The notes beneath the pieces were generated by a model that was given only the letters and a program-made list of their open reading frames with translations, had not been told where the DNA came from and searched no databases. A stretch of 62,065 bases of DNA, the filler included, from Choristocarpus tenellus KU-1152 (taxonomy: Eukaryota > Protista > Phaeophyceae): the NCBI GenBank assembly GCA_964200185.2. It is 12 parts of 12 records of this genome, joined end to end, with 100 filler letters (N's around TTAATTAATTAA, not from the genome) between each part and the next. Parts side by side here need not be neighbours in the genome. Positions count along the whole stretch, not along the records: positions 6,789 to 14,961 come from CAXNAD020005048.1; positions 15,062 to 17,667 come from CAXNAD020026340.1; positions 17,768 to 20,342 come from CAXNAD020026621.1; positions 20,443 to 24,284 come from CAXNAD020017619.1; positions 24,385 to 35,490 come from CAXNAD020002501.1; 7 more parts are not named here. One strand, given 5' to 3'. A program made the position numbers and the translations under genes. The stretch's first letter is position 1. Each line of letters begins with the position of its first letter. Shown here in pieces: positions 12,572-25,339 of this stretch.

Positions 12572-14102
12572 GTGAGTGGTGATGCTAAGAAGAGTTCGGG
12601 GGGTTGGGGAGATAGCAACGACGTGTGCGTTCAATTCACCGGTTTCACAACGATGGACGAGTGCAAGATGGTTACGTTTTTTCGTGCCTTTGCATTTGAC
12701 AGGGGGGAAGCATCTTGTGTCCCTTTCTAGATTTTAAAAGCTGTCGGCATGTTCTGTTGTCCATGTTGCAATCGAGTAGTGATGTTCTTTTTGTGTTTGA
12801 TGCAATCAACCATTAGGTAGTCTGTGGTCACGCATATGACTACCAGGGCCTTGAAGCAGTCAAAATTCATTTTACATTGTTGTTGACGTTTTTTCTATGC
12901 ATTGACTCCATAATGTGAATTTCTTGGATGAAGTGTATTTACAGTGAGGGTCAGGGCTAGGGTTAGAGCTTGGATTCTTCCTTATCCGGTAGGTATCCTG
13001 GCACCCCAAGTATATATAATGTGTACTGTAACTATGTCTTGCGGGTATGGAGGTGACATATGTGTGATGCTATTGTGTGGGTCGAATCGTCCCTGCTTGG
13101 TATGTTGCAGCAACACCGTCCACCCTCTTTGAAGCAACAGTGTGAAGTTGCTCATCGAACCTCCAGCAACATCATGCATGTGAAGCAGCAAGGTACACAG
13201 TAGGGCTATTTTGTGGCAGGCTGCCGACCAATCCATGAAATCCTCAGTTCTGGTAACTAAAGAATAGGGTGTGTTTCGACTGCTGGTAGTTTGAGGTATA
13301 CCCTAAATATCGTCAATTTGTTACGGCCAGTACCAAATCGTTCAAATTTGCTGTAAGACTGTTCCTGTCTGTTTGTGTCAAGACTGAGGTATACCCTTGT
13401 CTGTGACATTGCAGCACCTGCTGCTGGGTCGGTATGGGTAGGGTTAGTTGTCACATATGGACAATTTGATGACCGGAGTGGAGTGACAGGTACATTCACA
13501 ATAAAAACAAAAAAAGTCATCAGAAGAGATCAAACTTATTCAGATTTTGTATTGCCGTTATTGCACCATATTATATTTATTATCTTCTATATTGTACTCT
13601 TTGCTCTGTACAAGATCATGGCGGTGAATAAGAGTTGTTAGGATTTTTAGGAAAGAATTGGATACTTTTGAGAATTAAGGCTTGCGAGGGCTGATTGTGA
13701 AGACTTACTTATAAAACCGATAGTCATAGAGGAAACAGTCATCTTTGGAAGGACTTCTTGATCACATGAAACCCTAGCCCCCTATGACTGAGACTTCCCT
13801 GAGCTTCCATCTCAGCCTTACCTACTGTTGTCAGTGAGCAGTGGCTTCCAGAGGGTTGAACAAGGTCTCAGAGTAGGGAAATATACTCAGTGAATAGGAA
13901 TACTCAGTGAAAAGGAATTATACAGTAGAAAATACGCGCTCTAGCCTTTGTTGTTGGTGCCAAGCAACGTTGCAACTTTGAGTTTTGCCCTCTTGGGGAT
14001 AGCTCTTGTTTTTCTCAGCAGTGGAGCATATCAGTTGTGACCACCCCTTCTTCCTGCCTACGACGTACGTAGACTTTATAAATTGTTTTTTGTAATCTAA
14101 CT

Positions 14103-14531
14103 ATGATTAACTTGATTAACCTGATTAACCTGATTAACTTGATTAACTTGATTAACTTGGTTAACATGGTTGACCTGATTAACTTGATTAACATGATTGA
14201 ACTGGTTAACATGATTAACCTGTTTAACCTGATTAACGTGGTTGACTTGGTTGACCTGATTAACTTGATTGACCTGATTGACATGATTAACATGATTGAC
14301 CTGATTAACATGATTAACATGATTGACTTGGTTAATATGATTAACCTGAATAACATGATTAACTTGATTGACCTAATTGACGTGATCAACATGATTAACC
14401 TGGTTAACATGATTGACTTGATTGACCTGATTAACATGATTGACCTGATTAATATGGTTAACCTGATTATAACTTGATTGACCTGATCACCGTGATTGAT
14501 GTAATTGACGTGATCAACATGATCAACCTGG
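14103..14531. repeat. 9-bp minisatellite, about 47 units (HTGRTTRAC)
   Basis: Units ttgattaac/ctgattaac/atgattgac/ctggttaac. Minus strand reads GTY AAY CAN = V-N-Q/H. Confidence 0.95.
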
Positions 14532-14961
14532 AAGGCGTACTCATTTGATTTTTGGAAGGCCTCTCGGAGTTGAATTTTGAATTGTGGGCTCCATTTCCAC
14601 TTCCTCTGGTCCATGCTGGAATATTCTTGCACCACTTTTTTGTTGTTGTTCTTTTGTTTTGTGATATTTTGGGCTGTTCTCTACCTGTTCTCCACCTGTT
14701 CTTTGCGAACAGCACAAGAAAACACATTTTTTTAATTTTTTGTAATGCGTGAGTTTTTTAATTTTTATTTTGTGATGCACGAGGTTTCTGTAGCTGTCAT
14801 CCCCACACCACCCCCTGTAACCTTCTGTCTCCGATTAGTTACTTCAAGAGATCGTTATGAAAACTTTCCCCCCTCAAGGAAGTTTGTCAGAATGGTCCTA
14901 CCCCCCCCCCTGCCCCCCCCATCCCGGATCACCGTTGAACCGGATGAAGGAATTGCTAGCG

Positions 14962-15061
14962 NNNNNNNNNNNNNNNNNNNNNNNNNNNNNNNNNNNNNNN
15001 NNNNNTTAATTAATTAANNNNNNNNNNNNNNNNNNNNNNNNNNNNNNNNNNNNNNNNNNNN
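14962..15061. other. Artificial contig linker
   Basis: N44-TTAATTAATTAA-N44. Confidence 0.99.
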
Positions 15062-15131
15062 CCAAAAATCACGACATGAAAAAATTGACCCCAAATGGAC
15101 AGCTGCCACCCCCTCCCAGATACTTTTAGCC
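15062..15131. mobile_element. MITE family B terminal fragment
   Basis: ccaaaaatcacgacatg...cccagatacttttagcc matches the reverse complement of the left part of 55653-55831. Confidence 0.8.
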
Positions 15132-15139
15132 AAAATTCA

Positions 15140-17648
15140 CGATACACTACAGGCCTTGTACAGTTAGTTGGTTGAAGGATAGTCAGATGTGGTCAGAACT
15201 CCTTCGATGTTGATGGTCATGGCGATCTAACTTTTCTTGTTCCTTTGTGATCATGGGGATGTGGAGATCCTGCTCCAAAATGTCACCTACATCCCAAGTC
15301 TTGGGTTCAACTTGTTCTCTTACCAAGCTGCAGCAGATATGGGTGCAAACTGTGCTGGCACAATGAGTACGTTCTTGCTATTAGATGGAAAACTAAAAAA
15401 AGAAGAAATCCTGATTTTCGTTACACCCTTTACAGTAAACGTATTTTTCCACGACCGTCTAAAAGTGCTGAAACTGCTTTCAAAGCCACCATTACCCCCT
15501 TGCACACATCTGCTCTCCATACTGAGGTTGGTAATAACTTTTTCCACCGCTCCTGTACCCACGTTCACGAGACTTTGCTCAAGTCCACTGCCATTTCAAT
15601 GGGCATTATTACATTGGTGGGCGAGTTGGAGGCGAGTTGGAGGCAAGTTGTGGCTGTCAATGAGCAAAGGCATATGGAAGGCGCCCTTTCCAGCACGTCT
15701 TCATGGACCATGAGAAAATTGGGTCGGGTTTTGTTGATCTAAGTTGCAAGAGGGTTTACCCTTTCAATCGGTGCTAAATACACCATGATAATTCGGGATG
15801 ACTATTCTCGTTTTGTTTGGTTGTATTTTTTTCATCTTCAGACGGATCCTACTGAAGCCTTCAAGAAGTGCTTGGCCAATATCCGGGCAGATAGTACTCC
15901 CTCTTGGGCAATGTGTGTGCAGTCTGCTTATTGGAGGGAGTTCAATGAGGGAGCTGCCAGTCCTCTTTGCCGTGGCCGTGGGATTAGGCAGGATTTTACA
16001 CCGGCATACAGCCCTAAATTTAATGGAGTGGCTGAATGAATGGTGGGTATTATGAATGAGGCTTCATTAGCGGCCCACCTCCAAGCTCCACTCATTTTTC
16101 TCCATGTCACCATCCCCAAGACAGACTCCCTCTGGGCAGAACCTCGACACTAGGTTTATAACTCACTCAACTTCACATTGACCACGGCTAATCCTGGTTG
16201 TAAATCACCACATGAAATGTGATATGGCACCCCTGCTGACCTATCGATTTCTTCAACCTAGTTTTTACTGTCTCAGTAAGACCTGCAACACTTTCCAAAA
16301 GTCTCAATGGTGCTTTCCCCTGGGGTCGGGGATCAATCTTCCCCATGGTGTGCACGGTGTTCTTACTTAGACTAGTGCCATTCATACTATGCATAACCTG
16401 TCATAGCTGTCCACTAAGGACCCCAGTCTTTCCTCTGTGGGAGAGTGTGCCCCTGCTTTGGGAAAGGTGGTGGGGGGGGGCTTGATGCAGATCCTTGTTT
16501 TGTGTACAAACCTTCCAATCCTGAAGCAGGTGGCCCATCATTAAATGTGCAATCTTTTGTCCATCTCGTTCCTCCATCTCATCCCTATCTGATAACTCTT
16601 CATGTAGTGACAGAAGTGAGAGCAAGTTTGTTTGTAGGTGAGAAGTCATCCTTTGGCAACAAATGAGACATTTAGACTGCTGATCCTCCCCTTGCTGAAG
16701 GGGGCATAGGCCAGATTGTGAAGGGTCTGACTGTCGACCCTTTCCATGGTAATGGGGAGGGAGGTCAGCTTAATATGAGTTCATCCAGAGACACTACCGA
16801 GATGGTGAAGGGAGTGTAGGACATGTCTCATCCTCGAGTTTGCAACACCTACGCCAGGCAGGCGCTGTCCAACCGGCTGCCCGTACTGAAGCACACCAGC
16901 TGGAAGACTTTCTTCCCGATCCAGTCTGTGAACCTTGTATTGAGTTGGGTAGGACTAGACAGGAATCGCCTGTCAGAGTTGAAGGGACTGCAGATGGTGG
17001 TGACGCACTGTCCCTCATTGCAAGTGTAGACAGGAAAAATATTGCTAATGTCTTGGCTATACAGCCCACACCTGAGTCTGTCTTGATGTGTACCCCCTTA
17101 AAAGTCTTATTACTGAGTAGGGACCAGCCCCACAGTCTTATGCCGAGGCTAAAAGTCTGAATACTGGCCAGTATGGGAAGAGGCTATGTCTAAGGAGTTG
17201 GAAGGTTTTTTGAACAGAATGATCTTCAGTGGTACAGATGTACCCCAAGGTAGCAAGGCTATTGGTTCCAAGTGGTGTTCAAGTGGAAAGGCGACTGTTT
17301 TGGGATGTTTAATGCGAGCTAAGGCTAGACTAGTTGTTCAAGGTTTTGCCCAGGGTATGGCGTTGATTGCTTTTTGACCTCTGCCCCCACACCTTCCGCC
17401 TCATGAGTTAATCTAATGACCACTATGGCCTGTGAGTTGGACCTGAGGAAGTATATATGCGCCTCCAACAGGGATTGTCGAGATCTCTTCCATACGACTG
17501 TGTGTCTCCACAGGTTCTTGTATAGTTTACAGCAAGCCTCTAGGGCATGGGATGCTAAGCTGACTTCCACCCTTTAGCATGATGCTTTTGAGCAGTGTCT
17601 GATTGACCTTTGTATCTTTAGAGTCAGGGGGGATGATGTTGTCAAGAT
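15140..17648 (+). mobile_element. Degenerate Ty1/copia pol relic (protease end, integrase, RT)
   Basis: LQNVTYIPSLGFNLFS; IRDDYSRFVWLYF...TPAYSPKFNGVAE; LWAE; WEEAMSKEL..AIGSKW..KARLVVQGFAQ; LYSLQQASRAW. Integrase precedes RT. Many stops and frameshifts. Confidence 0.9.
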
Positions 17649-17667
17649 GACCCAAAGTATCTGGGAG
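17649..17667. mobile_element. MITE family B terminus at contig end
   Basis: gacccaaagtatctgggag then gap. Confidence 0.6.
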
Positions 17668-17767
17668 NNNNNNNNNNNNNNNNNNNNNNNNNNNNNNNNN
17701 NNNNNNNNNNNTTAATTAATTAANNNNNNNNNNNNNNNNNNNNNNNNNNNNNNNNNNNNNNNNNNNN
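17668..17767. other. Artificial contig linker
   Basis: N44-TTAATTAATTAA-N44. Confidence 0.99.
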
Positions 17768-17847
17768 CAAATTACACTAAAAAAAGTGAAAATCGAAAAA
17801 GGGTGAAAAACGGACGCTGGCACCCCCCCCCCCAGATACTTTGACCC
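17768..17847. mobile_element. MITE family B-like terminal fragment
   Basis: ...ggacgctggca-polyC-agatactttgaccc. Confidence 0.65.
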
Positions 17848-18783
17848 ATCTGCTAAAAATGGGTGGAATTACTTGGTCCTACACAATACGTACATGAAAG
17901 GGGGCAAACAACTGTAAGGGGGTCTTTTGGGAAACAAACCCAATGACGTAAGCGTAAATTCATACGACCAAGTTCAGATAGCATGACTTTAAATTAAGCG
18001 TGTCCTAAACAAGTTACTTGCACAGCCACGCATGTCTGTCATAGAAATCCCTGCAGGTAGAATTATTTTATCACCGCAAAACAGTCTTACCCACTACAAA
18101 CTCTTCAGGCCATAGCACTTCGGTCTCCTCCCCTCGTTATCATCTCTAAGGTGCGAGGGAGAGAGGGACTCCTGTTGTAGAAGGAGGGTACCATTGAGGT
18201 CCAACGAGTTTGATGATGTGGTGTGCATCCAATCCATACTCTACCCATCTAGACGGCGAGCAGTATGAGTTCCTTCCCCGGTGTAACCAGCCTCCAAGGT
18301 CAGCATATTACATGACTGTGTAGAGAAAAGTCTGGGAGGTTCGGGTTGGGCGGAGGCGCAGGGCATCGTGGTGGCATGTTGATTGAGTGTTTAAAGGGAG
18401 AGTTTCAAAGGTGTATGCAGGATTTTATCCAGAATAACTCGAAAGCATTTGTCGGAGTAACTAGAGTACTCTTGCGTTAGATATGCTAGTACAAGTATAT
18501 AATGCAGTGAGTCAGTTAAATGTACGTTTAATGTTGAGTTCAGTACAAAACATATTGCCATCCTTACAGGTATCTCGATGTTTAACAAAATCAGACTTTG
18601 AGGGATTAACTCTTGATTGGATTGCCTTCCCAACTCCCTGCGTCAGGACGATAAGAGAGAAGTGAGAAAGGGGTGTGGCAAGTCCAGCACCGAGCTCAAG
18701 GGGAAACACAAAGATTGAGATGACTACTCAGGGAGAGCCTCGATTAGTGAGACGATAAACCAAAGTATTATGACGGGAAGGTT

Positions 18784-18860
18784 GGCTCAAATTATCTGGG
18801 GGTAGGGGGAGGGGGTTACACCAGGGTGTCCATTCGGGCCCTGACCAGGAGATCACTGTA
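18784..18860. mobile_element. MITE family B partial copy
   Basis: ggctcaaattatctggggg...acaccagggtgtccattcgggccctgaccaggag matches the reverse complement of 55770-55831. Confidence 0.7.
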
Positions 18861-19135
18861 ATAAGATATCTCGTGTGGGTGCAATTCCTGTGGGTGACAT
18901 ACAACATGCATGTGAAGGGTTTACTTCAGCCATTCCTTTAATCGCATGTATAAGGTAGAGATAAAGGGCTGGTTGACTTAAACAAGGTTATCGGAGTCCT
19001 CTGTAGTGATGCCCCAACCTCATAACAGTGGATCGCCATCGAAGTTTGTTCGAGAAACATAACAGTGTAGTTGGAGCGTGGGAAGCGCAAGAAAGGTCTG
19101 GAATGAAACGGTGAGTAGGTCTGCACATGCGAAAA

Positions 19136-19394
19136 GAGTGAAAGTATCTTAGAGGGTACGATTTTTGATCTATTTGTCCATTTGGGGCTTGACTTCTCAC
19201 GGGTTTATAATGGCATTTTACTTACTCCAAAAAGTTTTGGAGTAGGTAAAATGTATACGTTATGAAAAGGAGTGTCCAGAACAAGGATATTAACATCTAC
19301 TAACCAACATGATAGCCAAAATAACATCAAATTTGCAACATTAGATTTTGACCCCCAAATGGACGCGGCTTTACCCTCTAAGATACTTTGACTC
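19136..19394 (+). mobile_element. MITE family A, complete (259 bp)
   Basis: TIRs gagtgaaagtatcttagagggta / taccctctaagatactttgactc, flanked by AAAA on both sides. Confidence 0.92.
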
Positions 19395-20084
19395 AAAAGA
19401 TCTTCGGAGCTGCTGACAGCCTTAATGGCATCTGTTCAAAGTCTATTAATGGAGCAGTATGGGACAAGTGAGAAAACCTTAAGTTGACGAAGGTCACTAA
19501 TATTGTGGACACTTCCACTCTTTTCGTCCTTCCCATCATAATTTGTACTCCAGAATATATCTAGAGGTTGTTGGCGAATAAAAGATTGTATAGACTATAT
19601 CCAGGCAGAGATCGGAAGATTGGCCTAGTGGTTTGAGCTAACCTCCCGTACATAACTAATCAACTTGCCCTTCTTACCAAATTTACATAGTAGATCGCCG
19701 TACAGTTCTACAATGGGTAAGGAAAGGAAACGGGCTAAAGCTCTCTTTCCTAGATCTCTAGTTCATTGGTACAACGTCCGTTCCATGAAATACATGAGCT
19801 GAATCAACAACGGCGGCGATCATGTCTAAGATGTACATATTGGCTTAGTTGTTGTTAGACTACCTTGTGCCATAAGTTTGTGCCGCGAAACATCTGGGCT
19901 CGCCGAGCGAGAACGGCTCTAAATCGGACGATAACTCCACAGAATGAAATCGGGTTGACAATATCAGCTTTCAGAAAAGGTGGGTGTCGAGGATCATCAG
20001 GTACAAACTCTGTTGAAAAACTTGGCACATGTAAGCCTCGTCGCCAAAACGTAGTAGTTGATTTATATGGTAAAACATAAAGCT

Positions 20085-20342
20085 CACAGTCAGCAGATCC
20101 CTAGGGAGAGAGGAGGCCCTATCGAACAGGTGCCCAGTGGCAGGGTGCAGGAGGCAAAATGTTGATACCAGACATGTCTGCACCTGCCCCAGGGTAGGGC
20201 GACAGGTACGACAGCACACTCCAATGGTGAAACGCCTGCACCAACTATGCAAGGAGATGGGCATCCCTTGCACTACGGAGAATGGTAGCCCTTTCACTGT
20301 GGACCGAAATCTTTGCATGGATCTGGTGTTTCACGCAGGGGC
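20085..20342 (+). mobile_element. RLE-type non-LTR retrotransposon fragment (second copy)
   Basis: CPVAGCRRQNVDTRHVCTCPRVGRQVRQH...ENGSPF...MDLVF; homologous to about 9150-9400 on the minus strand. Confidence 0.7.
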
Positions 20343-20442
20343 NNNNNNNNNNNNNNNNNNNNNNNNNNNNNNNNNNNNNNNNNNNNTTAATTAATTAANN
20401 NNNNNNNNNNNNNNNNNNNNNNNNNNNNNNNNNNNNNNNNNN
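20343..20442. other. Artificial contig linker
   Basis: N44-TTAATTAATTAA-N44. Confidence 0.99.
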
Positions 20443-22082
20443 GGGGGGTAGTTGTGAGGACAGGTGGATCCACCTTGGGTGCTATGGACTGTGTTTGGCT
20501 GTGCACTGTTCTGTGTGAGAAGTTAAATGCAAATCGTACAGTGATTTTGCCTCTTCTATCACAGTAGTAAGTGTTGCCTGGGAGTAGTAGGGGCGGTAGA
20601 AGACATAGCTTTTGATTGATTTGGTTGGAGTGTTAGGCTGGGTTATCCAATTACTTCTGCTGTGCTTATCTGTTTCTTTTTCTGTTTATTCATACCTCTT
20701 GTGCTGTGTGTCCTTTATAGCTAGGGTTAGGTTAGGGCTCATGAATTGCTTCACTGTGGCGTATGTGATTTCAGAAAACATTTTGAACAATCAATTTACA
20801 AGACCTTTTGCTGCCCTAATCAATTTACCATACACATTGGCACAACGGCTTTCTGCCGTGTTGACAATAGAGGACGAACTTGTTCGCCTTTCTTATCTCC
20901 ACCCTAAAGGATGGTCAATCTTCTGTGTCACGGTGGAAGCAGTACGAGTCACAAGCCCCCATTACTTATTCGAATCATAAGACTACAGGAAAACCTGGTG
21001 CCTTTAAATCTTTAAGGGGGGGATCATGTCTCCCCATGTCTCAGAGACACTTACGTATGTCTTGAAATAAAAAAGACTGTCAGTACTGACAGGCAAAAGG
21101 CACCATGCCACTTTGTTCCCTGACCATAGGGCCTATACAAATAAGAAACATAAGTGCAGGTGATACATAGACATTGCATGCAACATACATGATACTGCAA
21201 TTGCATACAAGACACAGTACAGTTGAAATGCATCATTGGAAGAGTAAAAAATTATACATGTGCTGTTAGGAACAGTAGCAGGTAATCTAATTGAGCCAGT
21301 TTGTTGGTGTTGTGTTGATTTTGAGGACAAATTGGAGATTCCTCCCAAGAACATGGTTGGAGGTCGGTGGATCAATATGACGTCACAAGTTACACCACCA
21401 ATATTCATGTGCTCATATAGTATGTTGTTAATACTTCATACTGCTATCGGTTTCTCTCAAAGTAGTCTTAAAGTTCTGCCAACTTCGCCAATTCTCTTAT
21501 ATATTTCCCTGGGTAGTATTAGTAGTATGTGCAGATGGTTGGATGGATGGATGGATGGATTGGACTGACACCCTAACCCTATCCAGTCTGTCACGTAAAA
21601 GTCAACCTATGTATGTTGTACAACACAAGGCCTTTCTTTTTTCTCATTTCTTATTTCTTATTCTATTGTACCCAAGTGTTGTATCAGTTTTGATTAACCG
21701 ATCAAAATAAGGTATGATGCTAGTGTTGATAATGTGGGTGTTGTAAGGCCTTACCACAATGCCAGTGTGTTAAGTAAAAATCTTTTCTTTTTTCACAAGA
21801 AAACACACTAGAGAGCATAGTGTGCCATGGTATCAATCATGGTATCAATCCATTCAAAAGTACATGTTATTTCATTATCAATTATTTGAATTGTCTTTGT
21901 TTGTTATCCACATCTGTTCTATGTCCATTCACAGCATTAATTCCCCATCACCGTTAATACTGCCCATCCCCTGATTCTCATCCCGTCTTTGCTTGTGTGT
22001 TAATCAAATTAGCCATACAATACCACACACACCTCCACAAACCATTCCCGTTGTGTTCAATGGTATTTGTATTACTTGTAAG

Positions 22083-22848
22083 GCATGCTCTGATGATGAA
22101 TGCGACCATGGAGGCGGAAACGACTGGGATGGGGAAACCAGTGACGAGCTCAGTGATGACTCCGATAATGAGGTGAGAGAGATGAAACAAGAGGAGATGC
22201 TGAATGCAACCCTAACCTCAACCTGTTGATAGACAACCTCCCCACCCATCAATTGCAACATTTGTGTAGAAGGTGGACTATAACGTTCAAAGTGTACCTC
22301 TCTTTTAGATGACCGTAATGTTGGATGCTTTTACAACAATTTTAACGTGGAAGTTAGGGGTTCAGTATGGAGTACAATACTCATGGAAGGCATTAGTGGG
22401 CAGTTTATAAGGGCCTCACCAAGCCAGCCCAATGAGGTTTCTGCGAATTATCCGTGACAGGGTGCTTTTTTGTAGTTATCAGGTAGGCAATAGACTGCAT
22501 TTGGCGCGGGGTCCCCCCCACCCCCCCCCCCCCCCCCCCCCCCCCCCGCACTTCTTCTTGAAAGACGCTACCACTTTTAAACATTCCCTCTCCCCGTGAA
22601 CGCACACACATCCTCACACAATTGTATAACATCTTACTATTTTTCATTACATTTGGGTCTAGTTCCCACATGGTTTTTCCCAGGACCCATCACTTACATC
22701 CCTTGATGGCACAACTGCCGCCTGCAAGGATTCTATGAACTACGACACAACAGAGGTGCTGGACTCAACCCAAGCAGCAAAGCTCCTGGTGCTGATGTGC
22801 CATGCACGGGGATGCACTGGTCAACACCAGTGCCCAAGGATGGCAGAG
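22083..22848 (+). CDS. Internal exons of a TAZ-type zinc finger protein (partial)
   Basis: Exons 22083-22172 (acidic) and 22684-22848, both phase 0 and AG/GT bounded. KLLVLMCHARGCTGQHQCP matches the start of a TAZ finger (LxHAxxC). Confidence 0.6.
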
Positions 22849-23366
22849 GTGGGTAAATGTAAAGGAGGGAGGGAGGGAGGGAACAACTCTAAGAGAGTCA
22901 GTGTTGATGCATTGGTGTCCAGATGGGATGCCATTAATGGTATAGGTTTTCTCAATTCATTTTACAAGGTGAATGTTGTGATGGTTGCGGAATGCAGACT
23001 ACTTGGGGCTTAGGGTTGGGGTTAGGGTTAGGGTTGGCATTAGAGACGTGAGGAAGAACTACCCTTGATTTGTCCAACCTTTTTGTGTGTATCAGCTGGA
23101 GATAGAGATAATAATGTCAGGCGAATGTTTGTGATACCCTTGACTACCCTAGTACCTAGCGGATCAATCTATACCATGAGGAGATATGTATGTATATGTG
23201 TACTTTTTCTGGTATCATGGTACTCTGTAGCAACCTGTAGACACCCATTTGATGCCCTGGGGTTTGTGGCATAGACTCTGTTCTATGCAATATCGTCCAA
23301 TCTGTGCACACTTGTAGCTATGGTTTATGCAGCACAAACACGTCGATAAACCACCTTCCACGTATC

Positions 23367-23397
23367 AATGAACCATCAAATGAACCATCAAATGAAC
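23367..23397 (+). repeat. 12-bp tandem repeat x2.6
   Basis: (aatgaaccatca)n. Confidence 0.8.
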
Positions 23398-23429
23398 TCC
23401 AGTTCTTTTCGAGATTTGTATGTGCCAAT

Positions 23430-23690
23430 GACCCATAGTATCCTATAAAGGGGGCAATTTCTTTAAGATAGTCCATTTTGGGGCTTGATGGGGTGAGGTA
23501 AAACACTCAGTTTTGTACTTGTTTAGTGAGTGATTTTTTTTTCGGATTCATTCCAGGCAGGGGGATGGAAAGGGAAGGTGCGTCCAGATAAAGTAAATTG
23601 CCCTTATCCCCGAAATCACATGAAAATCACTACAGGGTCACAAAAGCCCCTGAATTGGTGACTTACGCCCCCTCTAGGATACCCTTGGGC
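23430..23690 (+). mobile_element. MITE family C, complete (about 260 bp)
   Basis: Imperfect TIR gacccatagtatcctata..ggggg / ccccctctaggatacccttgggc; colinear with 42859-43394. Confidence 0.7.
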
Positions 23691-24202
23691 AATAGTCACA
23701 TCAACCAAAGCCAAGCAATCATTGTAGGAGGGTTTATTCCAACAAACACGGCATCAATCCAGGAGGATTTTGTGTTACATTGACTGTAAGATGTCAATCA
23801 CCTCAGTATCAACAATTGTGAGATCGGTTATGGAATCCTCTTGTGGAGGCCATCAACAAGACCCCTGTCTCTTGTTTCACCTTACATATGTATTACAAGG
23901 TGCGTATGGGCCACCGTATGGATAAGGCGACCATAGCAAAGAGAGTGTACTCCCACCTTGTTGGTGGTATGTAGGAAGGCATGTTGGTTGTGGGTTTAAC
24001 TCTCGAGCGTGTGGAGGAAGGTAAAGTTGAAAGTGATTGGAAGAAGTGGGTTGAACTGCTAATAGTTCTGTGTGTTTTTTATGAACATAGGAAAGTGCTC
24101 TGTTTCTTGGTTGATTGTGTGGGAATATTTTTTTAAATGCCCTTTACCGATTTGTCTCTGCAATGGTGGTTGTTGAGCACATTTACTTTTTGATGCATCA
24201 CG

Positions 24203-24235
<33 letters not shown>

Positions 24236-24284
24236 CCCTCCCTCCCCCCCCCCCCCCCCCCCCCCTCCCCTCCGCACCATATTT

Positions 24285-24384
24285 NNNNNNNNNNNNNNNN
24301 NNNNNNNNNNNNNNNNNNNNNNNNNNNNTTAATTAATTAANNNNNNNNNNNNNNNNNNNNNNNNNNNNNNNNNNNNNNNNNNNN
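24285..24384. other. Artificial contig linker
   Basis: N44-TTAATTAATTAA-N44. Confidence 0.99.
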
Positions 24385-25339
24385 GCAGGGGCGGTCCGGG
24401 CGGCAGACGGGTGTGCGTGTGGGGGGCGGGGGGGCGGGGGAATAGGAGAGTCCATGGTTGCAAGGGAGTTGTTCGTAAGGGGGCAGGGAGGGGGCAGTCT
24501 CGCTCACCTATTTTTTTTTTCTATTTTCCGTCAGAGAGAGGCTATTTTATTAAAAAAGGAAAACCTTTTTTTTTATTATACTACTGCCCCTATAGTTCAG
24601 GAGCTCGATTTAGATAGGTACGATTGCAGGCAGAGTGTAAACACATAAAAACCCTTCTTTATTTATCTTTTTTGTTGAATACGTGCCGAATATGTACTCA
24701 CCAATCATATTTGAAATCAGTGAAGGTAACCACACTTTTCTTCTTTTTTTTCTTTTTTACACACACACACACACACACGAGAAAATAACTGAGAATTACC
24801 CCTGTCAGTTAAAGGCATATATATACAACGGGGTGTTATTTCGCAGTCCACTTCATGATTCGTTCGGCGGTACACCTTGAGCAATAGGCACGATGAACGC
24901 CAGGTTGTGTTTTACAAGACCCAAACTTCATCTATGGCTGAATCTGATTTTGTATTGCAGAGTACCTTTTCGGGAAGTATGTTTCGGGTGTTAGCGATTT
25001 CCAAGTCAGCGGTATAAATAAATACCAGGACATTCTTTTGGAGTGAGCGGTGGTTGCGATTGGGCGGTGGTGAGGGTCCTAGTGCATTTTTTTAATGACC
25101 AACGGATGTTTTTTTTTATTATAATATATATATCAAAAGATTAAAAAAATTATAATGCATTGTCACTATATTTTCCTTTTGACTTGTCTATTCGTAATAT
25201 TTTTAAAAACAAGAAAACTGAACGGTAGGAGCGCTGCAGGGAAGAAGCTCTCACCATTGTCACATGGAAATCATACCACCTAGCACGTAGCAAACACACA
25301 TGCAGTATTTATAAAGCAAGGAAGGCGTTCCTTTCTCAC

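Noticed and set aside
14103-14531. CRISPR-like array
   Set aside because: Contiguous 9-bp units with no spacers, eukaryotic context and no cas genes
24966-25078. Candidate further exon of the mS45-like gene
   Set aside because: Phase-compatible and AG/GT bounded, but no recognisable homology, so not included
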